Origin: Scenedesmus sp. PABB004
Taxonomy: Eukaryota
DNA length: 64,000 nt
Assembly: GCA_014905635.1 (NCBI GenBank)
Contig: JABVCE010000004.1
Coordinates: forward strand, 620,001 to 684,000
Direction: 5' to 3'
The translations under genes were made by a program, and so were the position numbers. This document shows positions 46,109 through 59,000 of the stretch, one piece after another; position 1 is the stretch's first letter; each line of letters begins with the position of its first letter. The notes beneath the pieces were generated by a model. It saw only the letters and a program-made list of their open reading frames with translations. It searched no databases and was not told the DNA's origin.

Positions 46109-49100
46109 ATGGCGCCGGCAGCGGCGCCGCCGCTGCTGGCGGTGCTGCCGGCAACGGCGTTCGAGCTGGCGCAGCCGGCGGGCGCCGACCTGGCGCTGGA
46201 GGCCCTGCTCGGCGCCGCGTCGGGGCGACCCAACCAGCCGCCCGCCGTGCTGCAGTGCGCCGGCCCGGGCGGCGGGGCGCCGGCGCCGCGCCTGCTGTCG
46301 CTGGCGGCGCTGCCGCGCCACGGCGGCGCGGCGGTTGTCGGCCTCGCGCCGCCGGCGCCGGCGCGCCGCGGCGGCGGCGGCGACCGCGGCGCCGACTTCA
46401 CGGCCGCGCTCGTGCAGCACGCGGCGGCGCTGCTGCTGCTCGTCGGGAGCGACGCGTGCGTGCTCGTCTGCCCGCCCGGCGGCGCCGTGTCGCCGCCGGC
46501 GCTGCAGGCGCTGCGCGTGCTCGCGCGCGTGCGCGCGGCGGCGCTGCAGCAGGCGCGCGCCGAGGGTGGCGCCGGCGAGGGGGAGCAGCAGCAGGGGCCG
46601 GCGGCGGCACTGCTGCGCCTCCTGCGGGCGCCGCCGGCGCAGCTGCACGTGCTGCTGCAGGCGCCGCCCGCCGACGCGGCCGCTGCGGTGCAGCAGGCCC
46701 AGGCGGCGGTCCTGGGCTGCGGCGCCGCGGCCGTGGCAGGGCCGGGCGGTGGCCCGCGGCCGCGGCGTGGTGGCACCGCCGCGTCGCCCGCCACCTGGGA
46801 GCTGGCGGGCGTGCACGCGTGCAGTGGCGATGCCAGCCCTGCCCAGGCGGCGCGGCGGGTGAGTGGCAGAGGGGGGGGGGGGGGGCTCCGCGCAGCAGGC
46901 GCTGCTCTGCTGCGCGCCCGCTCCCGCGCCGCCGCTGACGCCTCGCCGCCTTGCGTGCGCCGCAGGCCGTGCTGCGAGCCGTGGCCGCGCAGCTGCAGCA
47001 GGCGCCGCAGGCGCAGCAGGCGTCGCAGGCGCAGCAGCCGGGCCTCCCACAGGCCCTCGCGGCTGTGGTTGCCACGGCGGCCGGCGCGGCAGCCGGCGCG
47101 CGGCGGCGGCCCGCCGCGGTGTCCGTCGCCGAGCTGCCGGAACTGTGGGACCAGCTGGCCGCGCTGCTGTTCCCCGGCGCCCGGCAGGAGGCGGCGGGGC
47201 CGTGGTGTGGCCACCCGCTGCACCCGCGTGCGTGGCTGACGCTGGACGACGCGCCGCAGGGCGTGGCGCCCGCGCCCGCGCGGCAGAGCAGCGACGGCGG
47301 CGGCAGCGGGGATGGTGGCTGGCTGGAGGTGGCGCAGCAGGAGGCGCCCGACGAGGAGGAGGACGAGGCCGGGGGTGCGGCGGGGCCGGGCGAGGTGCTC
47401 GCGGCTGCTGTGGACCCAAAGCACGCCGCGTCGCGGAGGCGCTGCCTGGCGGCGGCGCGCGGCGCGCTGGCGGCGTACCTGCAGGTGCGGCGGGCGCCCT
47501 CTGTCCCGGCCGCGCGCGCGGCTGCGGCTCTGGAGGGTTTCTGCTCCACGCGGAGCCACCGCACCCCGCCCCCCTGAGCCCCGCTGCCCCGCCGCGGCCA
47601 GGCGGTGCCTGCACGCTACACTGAGGCCGTGCACCAGGCGGCCGCGGAGCACGCACTCGCACACTACCGAGCTGGCGCCGCTGGGCCGGCCGCGCCAGAG
47701 CTGCAGCAGCTGCTCGCCGACGCCTGCAGCGCGGCGTGGCGCGGGCGGCAGCGGTGCGCCGCGCTGAGCCTGACGGGGCGCGCCTGCCGGCTGAGCCCGC
47801 ACGGGCCCGACACGCCCCACGACAGCGGCACGGAGCTGCACGTGGCGGCGCCCGACGGCGGCGCGGTGGCGCGCCAGCCCGACTGGTTTGACCTGGCGTC
47901 TGCCAATGCAGCACCCGCGGCGCAGCAGCAGCGGCAGCGGCAGCAGCCGCAGCACCAGCAGCAGGGCCAGGCGCAGCCGCCCGCGACACAGGCCAAGCAC
48001 AAGCAGCCGCCGGCCCAGGAGGAGCAGCAGCAGCCGCAGCTGGGCGAACTGCTGGACGTGTTTGCCCAGCTCCAGGCTGCGGTGGCGGGCAGCGGCGGCG
48101 GCGAGGCGCTGCCCAGCCTGCTGCCGGAGGGCGCGGCTGGTCAGGAGGCGGGCCAGGCGCGGCCTGCGGACCGCGGCGGGGCGGGGGCGGGGGCGGCGGT
48201 GCCGCTGGGTCCCTGGTTGAGCATGTGGCGCCTGGGACCCGCGGCGTCGTACGACGCGGCGGCGGGCCTGCCCGGCCCCGGCTGGGCGGGCGGCGCCAAC
48301 AAGCTGCTGCAGCTGGAGCTGCCGTCGCCCGCGCCTGAGCCCGCCGAGCCGGTCGACGCGGGCGGCGGGCCCGGCCGCGGCGCCGCTGAAGCACCGGTCG
48401 CGGCCGCCGCGGGCGGGCCCGTCAGGGGGTCTTGGGGCCGCGGCCGGCCGGGCGCGAGCCGCGCGGTCGTGGAGCTGGGGCCGGAGGACTTTCCCACGCT
48501 TTCCGAAACGTTGGGCCGCAAGGCCCACGCCGCTGGCGGGCCCCAGCGCCCCAGGCACGGCGGCGGCACGCCGCAGCCGGCAGGCGCCGACCGCGACCGG
48601 GCGCTGCAGCAGCTGCTGGTGGAGGCGTGGGAGCTGCTGGGCCAGCGGCGGGGCGCCGGCTCGCCGGGCGCGGCCGCGGCGGATGGGGGCGGCGGCGGCG
48701 GCAGGGGCGCCGCCCGGAGCCGCAGCGGCGCCAAGGCGGCAGCGGTGGCCGCCGGCAGGGGTGGCGACGGCGCGGCAGCTGGCGGCGGCCCGCCGGTGCT
48801 GGCGCAGCTCTGGATTGGTGAGACGCGCAGGCGGGGAGTAAGACAGGCTGGGCGCGTCGCCGAGCGCGCGCGCGCTGCCCTCTGCTGACCCTCACTGCCC
48901 CGTCCCGCGTCCCCCGCAGGGCTGGAGTATGAGTCGCTTGCGGGGCAGCGCTGCCTGCTGCGGCCGGCGCAGCTGCTGCGGGGCCTCCTGCAGCGGCACG
49001 AGCACGAGCGTGCGCAGGAGGCGGCGGCCGCGGTCGCGGCGAGCGCAGCCGCGGCCAGCGCGGCGCGCAACCTGGGCGGCGCAGACGCTCAGCCGCAGCA

Positions 49101-49710
49101 GCAGCAGCAGCATCAGCAGGAGCAGGCGCACAGGCGAGGCGGCTCGCGGCAGCCGCAGCCAGCGGTGGCCGGCGGCGGCAGAGGCAGCGACGTGGCGGGC
49201 GCGGAGCAGCTGCTGCTGCAGGACCTCCCGCTGTTCCTGCAGCCCGCTGCAGCGGCAGCTGGTGCAGGGCCCAGCGGCGGCAGCCGGCGCGGCGGCGGCG
49301 CTGCGTTGCCGCCCGCTGGCGAGGACGCCGAGCTTGGGGTGACGCCGCTGGAGCTGCTGCAGCTGCAGCGCATCTACGTGGTCACGCCGCCGCCGCCCTT
49401 TGCGCTGGCCGCGCAGCCGCGCCTGCGCCTCGCGCGAGCGGGCGCCGCCGGCGCCGGCGGCGCGCCGAGCATCGAGTTTGCCGCGGCGGGCGAGGCGCGG
49501 CTGCCGCCGGACGCGCTGGTGGTGCTGAACCTGCCCAAGGTCTATGCGGCGCCCGCCGACTGGGTGCATGTCGGCGGCGGCGACGGCCCGCAGCAGCAGC
49601 AGCTGCAGCCGCTCGTCCCAGCCGCCGACGGCGGCGGCGGCAGGGGCGGGGGCGGCGAGTGGCGGGGCTGGCTGCGCGGCGGCTGGCTGCGCCCGGCGGG
49701 CGCCGCGTGA
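46109..49710 (+). CDS. SMG8: SMG8-like nonsense-mediated decay factor (divergent)
   Basis: QRCAALSLTGRAC...HDSG...DWFDLASAN; WRLGPAASYDAAAGL...GANKLL; WIG|LEYE..G.R; DLPLF; QLQRIYVVTP. Confidence 0.72.
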
Positions 49711-49835
49711 CGCGCGCGCGCGCCTGTGGCGCCTGTTGCAACAACTCAACGGCCAACACCAACACCTGCCAACGTCCCGGCTCCGCCCACGCGGCGAGGG
49801 CTCCCTGCCGGCACCGGGCAACCGACGCGCCCGCC

Positions 49836-52357
49836 TCAGTGCGCCGGCGCGGGCGCGGGCGCGCGCGTGACGGCCTCGGCGGCCCCCGGGCGCAGCACGA
49901 CCTTGATGCAGCCGTCGGTCTTGTCGTTGAACATCTGGTACCCCTTGGCCGCCTGTTCACATATGAGCAGCACGGCAGGCGCAACGCAGCGGGGCAGGCG
50001 GGCGGACAGCTCGCCAGAGCGCCGCGGCGCCGGGCGCGGCAGGGGGAGCGGCGCGCGCCGGCGGGCGTGCGGCAGCCGCGGCGCGCGCCAGCCGGCTGCG
50101 CCTGCTCCAGCGGCAGCTCGTGCGTCACGACGACCTCAGCGGGCCGCAGCTCGCCCGCGAGCACCTGCATGCGGCACGGCGGCCACGCACGCCCGCGGGG
50201 TCGGCGCGCCGCACGGCGCGGCCAGCCGCGCGGGCGCCCCCGCGCGCGCCCTGCCGGGGGGCGACGCGCCTTGGGCAGCAGCGTGGGCCAGTAGCGCTGC
50301 ACCTGCGCGGCGCGCAGCGGCGGCGGCGGCGCGGGCACGGGGCGTTGGCTCGCCGCGCGGCGCGCGCGGCGCGGCGAGGCGCGGCGCGGCCCGCCAGCGC
50401 ACCCCGCGCGCGCCCTGCTCCGCCGCGCGGCGCCGCACCGGCGTCTGGCCGCCGCACATGGTGAGCTGCTTCTCCATGAAGGCGCCGACGTTGAAGTGGT
50501 TGACAAAGCCCACGTACACGCCGACGATCGAGATCGTCCCGCCCTTGCGGCAGGCGGTGATGAGCTCGTTGAGGATGTCTGGCCGAGCAGCAGCGAGCAG
50601 CGAGCGGCGCGGGGCGTGTGGGGAGGCAGGCGGTGCGGCGGCCGTCGGGCCAGCGCGCACGCGCGTGGGTGTCTGCCGCAGCGCGCGAGCCGCCGCCGCC
50701 GGCGGCGCGCGCGCGCGCGCACCCACCCGCGCTGTCCGTCTCGAGCTGCACCGCCATCTCGAGCTTGTGCAGCAGGCTCTTGGCGTAGTGGAAGCCTGCG
50801 GCCTCGATGCACACGTCGGGCCCGCGCCCCGGCTCGCCCGCCGTCATCTCCCTGCGCGGGCGCGGTGCTCGGGGCACGCAGCGCGCGGCCGCCAGCGGCT
50901 GCGCGCAGCTGGCGGCGCGCGCACTTGAGCGCGGCGAGCGTGTCGCGCTGGCCAAAGTCGAGCGTCTCCACGCCGGGCAGCTTGGCCGCGGCGTGCGCGA
51001 GGCGGTCGGGCACGCTATCGATGAGGATGACGCGCCCCGCGCCGCGGTGCTGCGCGCAGTGCGCCGTCAGCAGGCCGACTGCGAGCGCGGCGGCGGCGGG
51101 CGGCGGGCGGCGGCGTGGGGGGTCGACGGCGGCGCGGGGCGAGCGCGCGGCGGCCGGCGCGGCGCGCGGCTCGCACCCGGGCCGGCGCCCCAGATGGCCA
51201 CGACGTCGCCCTTCTTGACGTCGCCCATCTCGCCTGCGGCGGCGGCGCGGCCCGCGCGGTCGGCGGCGCAGCGCGGCGGCGCCTGCAGCTGCAGCGCACG
51301 GCGGCGCGGCTCTGGGCCGGGGTGCCGCACACGCGTGCCAGGCGGTCGGCAGGATGTCTGTGAGCAGCACGGCGTCGAGGTCCGAGAGCCCCTCGGGCAG
51401 CACCAGGCAGTTTGCGTCGGCCATGATGACGCGCACGTGGTCGGCCTGCCCGCCGGCGTAGCCGCCCGTGAGGTGGCTGTAGCCGTAGAAGCCACCCGAG
51501 GCATGACCGTACATGGCCTCCTGCACCTGCCACGCGCGCAGGGACGGCGTGGGCGCGGCGCGGGCGCGGGCGCTGGCACGGCGGGTGAGTGGGCACGGCG
51601 GGTGAGCGGGAACGGCGGGCGCGCACGCATCGCGCAGCACGGAAAAACCTTGCTCGGGTTGGTCGTGTCGCAGCTGGACTGGTAGCCGCGCGAGCAGGAG
51701 TAGCAGCCGCCGCACGCGATGTCAAACGCGACCGCCACGCGGTCGCCGCTGCGGCGCGCGCGCGCGCGCGCGCGGGGCCGCGGCTCGCACGTGCGCGAGG
51801 CTGCGCGGCGGCCTCGCTGCGCGGCTGCGCAGCATGTGCGCGGCCTACGCGCGGCCCACACGCACCGCTTGACGGTCTTCACGCCGTCGCCCACCTCCTC
51901 CACCACGCCCATGAACTCGTGGCCCAGCACGTCGCCCGCGCGCAGGCCGGGCATGCTGTGCAGGTAGAGGTGCAGGTCGCTGCCGCAGATGGCCGTCGCG
52001 CTCACGCGCAGCAGCGCGTCGGTCTGGCGCGGGCGGCGTGCGCGGTGTGCGCGCGCTGGGCGGCGCGGGCGGCGGCACGGCGCAGGCGGCGCGCGCGGCG
52101 CGCAGCACGGCGCGGCGCGGCGCGGCGCGGCCGCGCACTGGGTCTGTGATGGCCGGGCGCGGGACCTGGGCCACGCGGACGTCCTTCTTGCCCCGCCAGG
52201 TGAGCGCGGCCATCGTGCCATCGTGGGCCGACGCGACCGTGGGCGCCCCCGGCGCGGTGCCGGCCTCGTCGCGCGCCTCTGCGCGCGCCTGGCCGCCGGG
52301 CTTGATGCCCACGGCGTGCAGCGCCGCGTCGAGCGCGGCGACGGCCTTGCCACTCAT
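49836..52357 (-). CDS. Zn-dependent MDR alcohol/formaldehyde dehydrogenase (FDH-like, YbdR type)
   Basis: AICGSDLHLY, LGHEFMG, IACGGCYSC...C, YGYSHLTGGYAGGQA, TDILPTAWH, AIWGAGP|VG, MCGGQTP|VQRY, GCIKVVL. Confidence 0.95.
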
Positions 52358-52701
52358 CGCGGCGGCGACGGGCGCGGCGGGCGGGCTGGGCGGAGAGCGC
52401 AACGGGCCGTATGATGGCGCGGGATCGGCGCGTGTGGCAGTGCGGAGGGGAGCGGCAGGAAGCGAAGGGGTCGGGCGGCGCGGCGGCGACGTCGCCGCGG
52501 TTCACGACGCAGCGGTCAGCCGCCCGCACGCCGCCCGGGGGATCGGTCGTGAGCGCTCAGACCGCACACACACTCCGCCGGCGCCCGCACGCGCGGTCAG
52601 CAGCGCCGCGCGCTCGCCGCCGCCGCGCCCGAGCGGGGCAGCGACAGCAGCTGCGGAGGCGTCCCCCTCCGTGTGGCCTGCTGCACGGCAAGGGCGGCGC
52701 G

Positions 52702-54600
52702 ATGGCGTCGGCGGCGCGGCCGCCGCACGAGCACGAGCGACCGGCGAAGCAGCGCTCGAAGCTCGTAGAGATCGCGCACAAGGCCCGCGGCCGCACGCCG
52801 CTCAAGTACGAGCTCGAGCTCATCCCCTTCTTTGCAGGCGCGGAGCGCCGGCAGCTGCCGGCGCCCGGCGGCGCGCGGCGGGGCCGGTCCGCGCGCGGCG
52901 CTGCTGAGGCGTGCGCCGCTGGCTGCCGCGGCCGCCTGCGCGTCGCCGCCGCGCGCCGCAGGCGAGCTGCCGTCGGGCCTGGAGCGCGTGATATTTGCGT
53001 GGGAGCGCGGGGCCAAGGTGTTTGCGACCGACGCGGAGCCCGTCAACCCGCACACGCGCGCGGTGTTCTGGAAGCAGTTCCTCAAACAGGCGCGGCGCCG
53101 CGCCGCGCTGAGCGGCAGACGCAGCAGACGCAGCAGCAGCAGACACAGCAGCAGCAGACTCATGAGCAGCAGGCGACGGCAGCAGCAGCACGCGCGCACG
53201 CCAGCCGCTGCCGGCGCGCGGCCGGCGAGCCAGTCGCGGCGCCGACCGCCGACCGCCGACCGCGCGCCGGGCCCCGCCGCAGACGGCGACGCTGTACCGC
53301 GACGACGGCGGCCGGCTGCTGCCCAAGGAGTACAGCCTGAAGATCCAGCACGTGCGCGGCGGCGAGCGCGGCGGCTCGGCGGGCGGCGGCCACGAGGCCC
53401 GGCGGACGGTCGGCAAGATCAAGCTGGACGTCGCGCCCTTCTGCGCGGCGGCGGCCGAGGCGGGCGGCACGGGCGTGCCGCAGGAGGTGTTCCTGCAGCT
53501 CAAGTGCGCCGGCGGCACGACGTGGCAGCTCGCGCGGCGGGCGCCCCGCGGCGTCCCGCACACGCCCGGCCGCCGCCGAGCGCGCGCGCAGGCCCGCGGG
53601 CAAGCTCAAGCTCTCAGTCAAGGCGGTCTGGCTGCGCGACGCGAGGGTGGACCTCGACGCGCTCACGGAGGCCAGCTTCAACACGCACAGGAGCAGCGGC
53701 GGCGACGGCTTCGACGAGCAGGCACGCCCTGCTGGCATGCGCGAGGGCAGCTGGCATGCTGCAGTGTGCGCAGCCGTCCGTTGCGCGGTGGGCCTGCCCT
53801 CGAGGCCGCGGCTCAGCCAGCCTGGCGCCCCCTGCCCGCTCGCAGGACCTGAGCGGCTTTGACCATCAGGAGCCCGGCGTCGCCCTCGACCCCGGCCCCG
53901 GCCACGCGCAGCACGGCCAGCAGCAGCACGGCAGCCCGCGGCACGGCGGCGGCGCCGGTCCGGCGGCGGCGGGCACCGGCAGCAAGCTCGCCAGTGCCGG
54001 CTTCGGCGAGCGCAGCGGCAGCGCGGCACCGGGCTCGCCCCGCATCGCAGCTGGTGGGCTTGAGCGCACGGCGCGGCGCCCGCCTGCGATCGGTCGCCGC
54101 CGCGGTTGGCCGGTGCCGTGCCCGCCGTCTCACCGACGCTGCCCGCGCGGCCGCACGCGCGCAGGCGGGCCCCGGCGCGCGGCGCCGGGCACGGCCGTGG
54201 TGGGCGCCGTCCCGCCGTTCAGCGCCGGCCTCTCGCCGCAGGAGGAGCGCGCGGCGGCAGAGCAGGAGAAGGCGCGCCAGGCGGCGTTCTCGGCGGCGGA
54301 GGTGGACCGCATGCGCCGCACGCTCGAGGAGCAGCTGCGCGCGGAGCTGCACGACGCGCTCGCAAAGCACCACGGCAGCTCCTGGCGCGACTGGCTCTGC
54401 TGCTGCTGCGGCCCGCGCGCGCCAGCGGTGCGCGCGGTGTGCGCGCGCGGGGGAGTGAGGCACAGCGCGGCGCAGCCGCGCTTGGCGGCAGGCCTGCTGC
54501 AGGACGGGCGGCACCCGCCGCGCGCCGCGCGCCGCAGGCGCACGCGCGCGCGAACCAGGAGCTGGCGGCGCAGCGCGAGGAGGAGGGCATGCTCATCTGA
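52702..54600 (+). CDS. NT-C2 domain protein with Cys cluster and C-terminal acidic dileucine-like motif
   Basis: VIFAWERGAK...FWKQFLKQ|TATLYR...KEYSLKI...TVGKIKLDVAPFC...GKLKLSVKAVWL; tail WLCCCCG ... EEEGMLI*. Confidence 0.82.
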
Positions 54601-54891
54601 GCCCCCGGGCCGGGGCAGGCCGGCAGCGTGCGGCCAGGGCGCAGTCTGGCGGCCGGTGCCCGAGCAGACGTCGGCTCGGCAGGGACGCTGCGCGCACGCG
54701 TGTTACTCGAGTGCGAGCGAGCTCGCTCGCATCGCCCAGCCGCCTCACCGCCCGATCTAGCCTGCTTCCCGCCCGCGCCCAGTGCTCCGGTCGCCGCAGC
54801 ATGCACACCCGACTGAGCTCAGCGCCCCCCGCCGCAAGGCACGGCAAACCCCGCAGTGCTGCCGCCGGCCACGCGCGGCGCGCGCCGCCGC

Positions 54892-55711
54892 TCACACCGG
54901 CGCGCTGGTCTGGAACTGCATCGTGCCACCCGCGCCGCCGTGGTGGTGCGTCGCCGCGTACGCGTGCGGCGGCTCGGCGCCAAAGTCCTTGCCCAGGATG
55001 ATGATGAGCACAAAGTTGGCCAGCCCCAGCAGCACGTAGCCCGCTGCCGCCGCGTTGACCGCGTCCTGCGCGGGCGCCCAGGCAACGCGCACGCGGGCTG
55101 GGGCGCTGGCTGCCATGCCCCGCCGCGGCTGCGCGGCCGCGGCGCCCACGCGCGCGCCGCGTGCAGGCCCCGCGCGCAGCCCCACACCTGCGCGACGTCC
55201 TTGACGTCGATGGGCCCGATCTGCAGCTCGGTGATGAAGTTGTGCGCCGACCAGAGGAGGCCGTTGGTGACGAGAACAAAGAAGGCCAGGAAGACAAGCC
55301 GGTCGCGCCGGAACGCGGCCTCGAGGAAGGAGCACGCGAGCAGCGCGACGAGCAGCGCAAACTCAAACCACAGGTTCCACCACTCCCACCTGGCGCGCGG
55401 CGCGGCGCCGGCGCGGCGCGGCGCGGCGTCGCCGGCGCGCGCTGCGCGGTCGCGCGCGGCGGCGCGCGGCGGCGCGCTCTGCGCGGCGCGCGCTGCACGG
55501 CGGCTGCCGCGCGTGCAGCGCAGGGCCGCAGGGGCGCAGGGGCGCAGGGGCGCAGGGGCGCGCACTGGTACGTCTTCGCGCAGAACTCGTATGTGTTGGC
55601 CCGCTGGCAGCCGTACGTCGCCGCGCCGATGCCGCCCAGCGCGAGCGTCCAGCTGAGGAGGCCGAACAGCACCACGGCCAGGCCTATGGGGTGAATCTGG
55701 AGGCGCGCCAT
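54892..55711 (-). CDS. LCI1-like four-TM membrane protein (putative inorganic carbon channel family)
   Basis: YQ|WEWWNLWFEF...RRDRLVFLAF...AAAAGYVLLGLANFVLIIILG resembles recalled Chlamydomonas LCI1 (YQWWIIQFE...AQAGLIMVGVANGLTIFFLG). Confidence 0.65.
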
Positions 55712-56046
55712 GGCGCTGCGGCGCTGTCTTTGACCTCGGCGCGCAGCAGCGCGGCGGCGACGGAGTGCGTCCTGCGGGGCGCCTGTGCGTCCTGCGGCGT
55801 GTGTGAGCGCTCGGCGGCGGCCGCGGGTCGAAAGGGGCCGCCGCGCCTGCTGCCGGCGGCGCCCGCAAAAGCGCGGCGGCGCAGCGCGCCCCGCCGTCGC
55901 GGCGGGTCCCCCCGGCCCGCCGCGTCGCACACACACCCGCCGCTGTCACGCGCCGCGCGCCCGCCCGCGCCCGGGCCTCCGCTTCGGCGGCGCCCGCTTC
56001 GAACGGCGGCAGCAGCGGCGGCGCCGCCGCCGGCCGGCTGGCCGCC

Positions 56047-59000
56047 ATGGCCGCCGCGGCGGCGGGCCCGGCGCCCATCCAGCGCCTGGAAGACGCGGTG
56101 GTGCACCGCATCGCGGCGGGCGAGGTGGTGCAGCGCCCGGCGAGCGCGCTGAAGGAGATGCTGGAGAACAGCCTCGACGCCGGCGCGACCCACGTCTCCG
56201 TGGTGCTCAAGGAGGGCGGCCTGAAGTACCTGCAGATCCAGGACGACGGCCACGGCGTGGCGCTGGAGGACCTGCCGCTGCTGTGCGTGCGCCACGCGAC
56301 GAGCAAGCTGCGCGCGTTCGAGGACCTCGACACGATCGCCACGCTCGGCTTCCGCGGCGAGGCGCTCGCCTCCATCAGCTTCGTGGCCCACGTCAGCGTG
56401 ACGACCATGACGTCCGCGATGCCGCACGGCTACCGCGTCGCGTACGCCGACGGCGCGCCGCTGCCGCCGGGGCCAAAGCCCGTCGCGGCGGTGCCGGGGA
56501 CGAGCATCATCGTCGAGGTGCGCCGCGCGGCGCCGGGGCTTTCAAATTGAGCAGTGGGAGGGGCGGCAGCGGGCGGGGTCAGCAGGCAGCCGCCGCCGGC
56601 GGTTGGCGGCGGCAGTTGGCACCGCAACCGCCTCGGAGCTGCGGTTGGCGGCGGTTGGCCGCCGCGGCACGGCCGCCCACGCGCGGGCGCCGCGCCGCAA
56701 CCGCCGCGCCGCGCCGCGTGCAGGACATGTTTTACAACATGCCCGCGCGCCGCCGCGCGTTCCGGCCGGGCCCCGAGGAGCACAACCTGTGCCTCGAGGT
56801 AGTCCAGAAGTACGCGGTCTTCAAGGCCGGCGCGTGCGGCTTCACGGTCAAGCGCCAGGGCGAGGCGCGCAGCGACCTGCACACGCTCGCGAGCGCGAGC
56901 CGCGTCGACGTCATCCGCGCGCTGCACGGCCCCGAGCTCGCGGCGGGGCTGCTGCCGCTCGCGGCCGCGGGCGGCGCGGGCGACGTGAGCGACGCCGTGC
57001 CGCTGCACGGCCCGATGGCGTTCGCGGCGACCGGGTTTTGCAGCGCGCTCACGCACGCGGGGCGGCGCAGCGCGCTGATCCTCTTCATCAACGGCCGCCC
57101 CGTGGAGCAGGGCCAGCTCAGGCGCGCGATCGAGGGCGCGTACGCGGCGCACAACCCCAAGGCAACCAAGCCCTGGGTCTTCCTCGACCTGCGGCTGCCG
57201 CCGCGGCACGTCGAGGTCAACCTGCACCCCACCAAGCGCGAGGTCGGCTTCCTGCACCAGCAGGAGATCATCGACGCGCTGACGGGCGCCGTGCACGCCG
57301 CGCTCGCGGGGTCGATGTCGAGCCGCGCGTTTGCGGTCAACACGCCCTCCCTGCTCGCGGCGGGCGAGCCCGCGGCGCCGGCGCCGGGGGGCCAGGCGGG
57401 GGACGACGAGGAGCGCGACGACGACGGCGGCGGCGGCGGCGGCGGCAGCGGCGCGCGGCCGGGCTCAGCAGCGGCGGGCCGCGGCGCCGCGGGCTCGCAG
57501 CGCCCGCCCTCCGGCGGCGCGTCGCAGCGCGGCGGCGGCGCGTCGGACGCCGGCGGCGGCGCGCCGTCGTACTACCGGCCGGAGAAGCTGGTGCGCACCG
57601 ACCACCGCACCCAGACCATCGACAGCTTCCTGGTCTCGCAGCCCGCGCCGGCGGCCATCGCCACGGCGGCCGCGGCGGCCGGCGCCGCGCCGCGCCGGCG
57701 CGCCAGCCGGCCGGACGGCGGCGCCGGCGACGACGCCGGCGGCGGCGGCGGCGGCGGCGGCCCGCTGCTCAGCAACGCCAGCCTGCACCTGCAGGCTGCG
57801 GCGGCGGAGGAGGCGGCCGCGGCGGCGGAGCTGGAGCAGCAGCAGCAGCAGCAGCAGCCGGGCGGCGAGCAGCAGCAGGGGCAGGGGCAGCAGCAGGTGC
57901 TGCTGCTGCGCCCCGTGCGGCAGCTGAAGCTGCCGCCGGTCGCAACGCAGCTGAGCAGCGTGCACGAGCTGCTGGCGGACGTCGCGGCGGCGACGCACGG
58001 CGAGCTGGAGCAGCTGTTCCGCAGCCACACCTGGGTGGGCATGGTGAGCCCGCCCGCCCGCCCGCGCGCCGCGGCCGCGCGGCCAGCGCCGCGCTGTGCG
58101 CCGCCGCGCCGTCGCGCCCACACGCGCGCCGCCGTGGCGCCGCCGCAGGCCGATGACCGGCTGGCGCTGCTGCAGCACGGCACGCGGCTCTACCTGGTCG
58201 ACGTGGCGGCGGTCAGCGAAGACCTGTTCTATCAGCTCGCGCTGGCGCACTGGGAGGCGCCGCGCGTCGCGCGCCTCGCGGCGCCGCTGCCGGTGGCGCG
58301 GCTCATGGACGCGGCGCTCACGCTCGAGCAGGCGGCGGGGCGCTGGCAGGTCCGCTGCACGTGCGCGCGCGGGCCGGCCCGTGCCGCGCCGCGGGGCCGC
58401 TGACGCCGCGTCCGCCGCCGCTACCGCCGCGGCCGCCGCCCGGCCGCTGCGCAGCCCGAGCCGGGCGGCAGCCGGCAGGAGGTGTGCGCGCTGGTGGAGG
58501 CGCTGCTGGCGCAAAAGGCTGAGATGCTATCTGAGTATCTTGGCCTCACCTTCAGCACCAGCCCCGCCAGCCCGCCGAGCGACGCCCCGGGCGGCGGCGC
58601 CGGCGGCGCCAAGGACGGCGGCGGCGCCGCGGCCGCCGAGGCGCACCGCGACGCGGCGCCGCCGCCCGACCAGCGGCCGCCGGCCGGCGAAGGCGCGGGC
58701 GCGGCGCCGGCGCCGGGGCCGGGGCTGTGCCTCACGGGCGTACCGCTGCTGCTGGAGGGCTATGTGCCCGACCTCAGCTGCCTGCCGCAGCTCGTGCTCG
58801 CGCTCGCGCGCGACGTCGACTGGGACAGCGAGCGCGCCTGCTTCGAGTCGCTCGCGCGCGCGCTCGCTAGCTTCTACGCGCTGCAGCCCCTGCTGCCGAC
58901 CGCGCCGGCGCCGGGCGGCGGCGGCGGCGCCGGCGCGGGCGGCGGCGACACCGGCAGCGGCGCGGCGCCTATGGAGGTCGACGGCGGCGCGGCGGCGGCG

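Noticed and set aside
44614..48558. 1314-aa minus-strand ORF suggesting a long N-terminal extension of Serinc
   Set aside because: The upstream part is antisense to the SMG8-like gene; Serinc homology begins at the ATG at 45738
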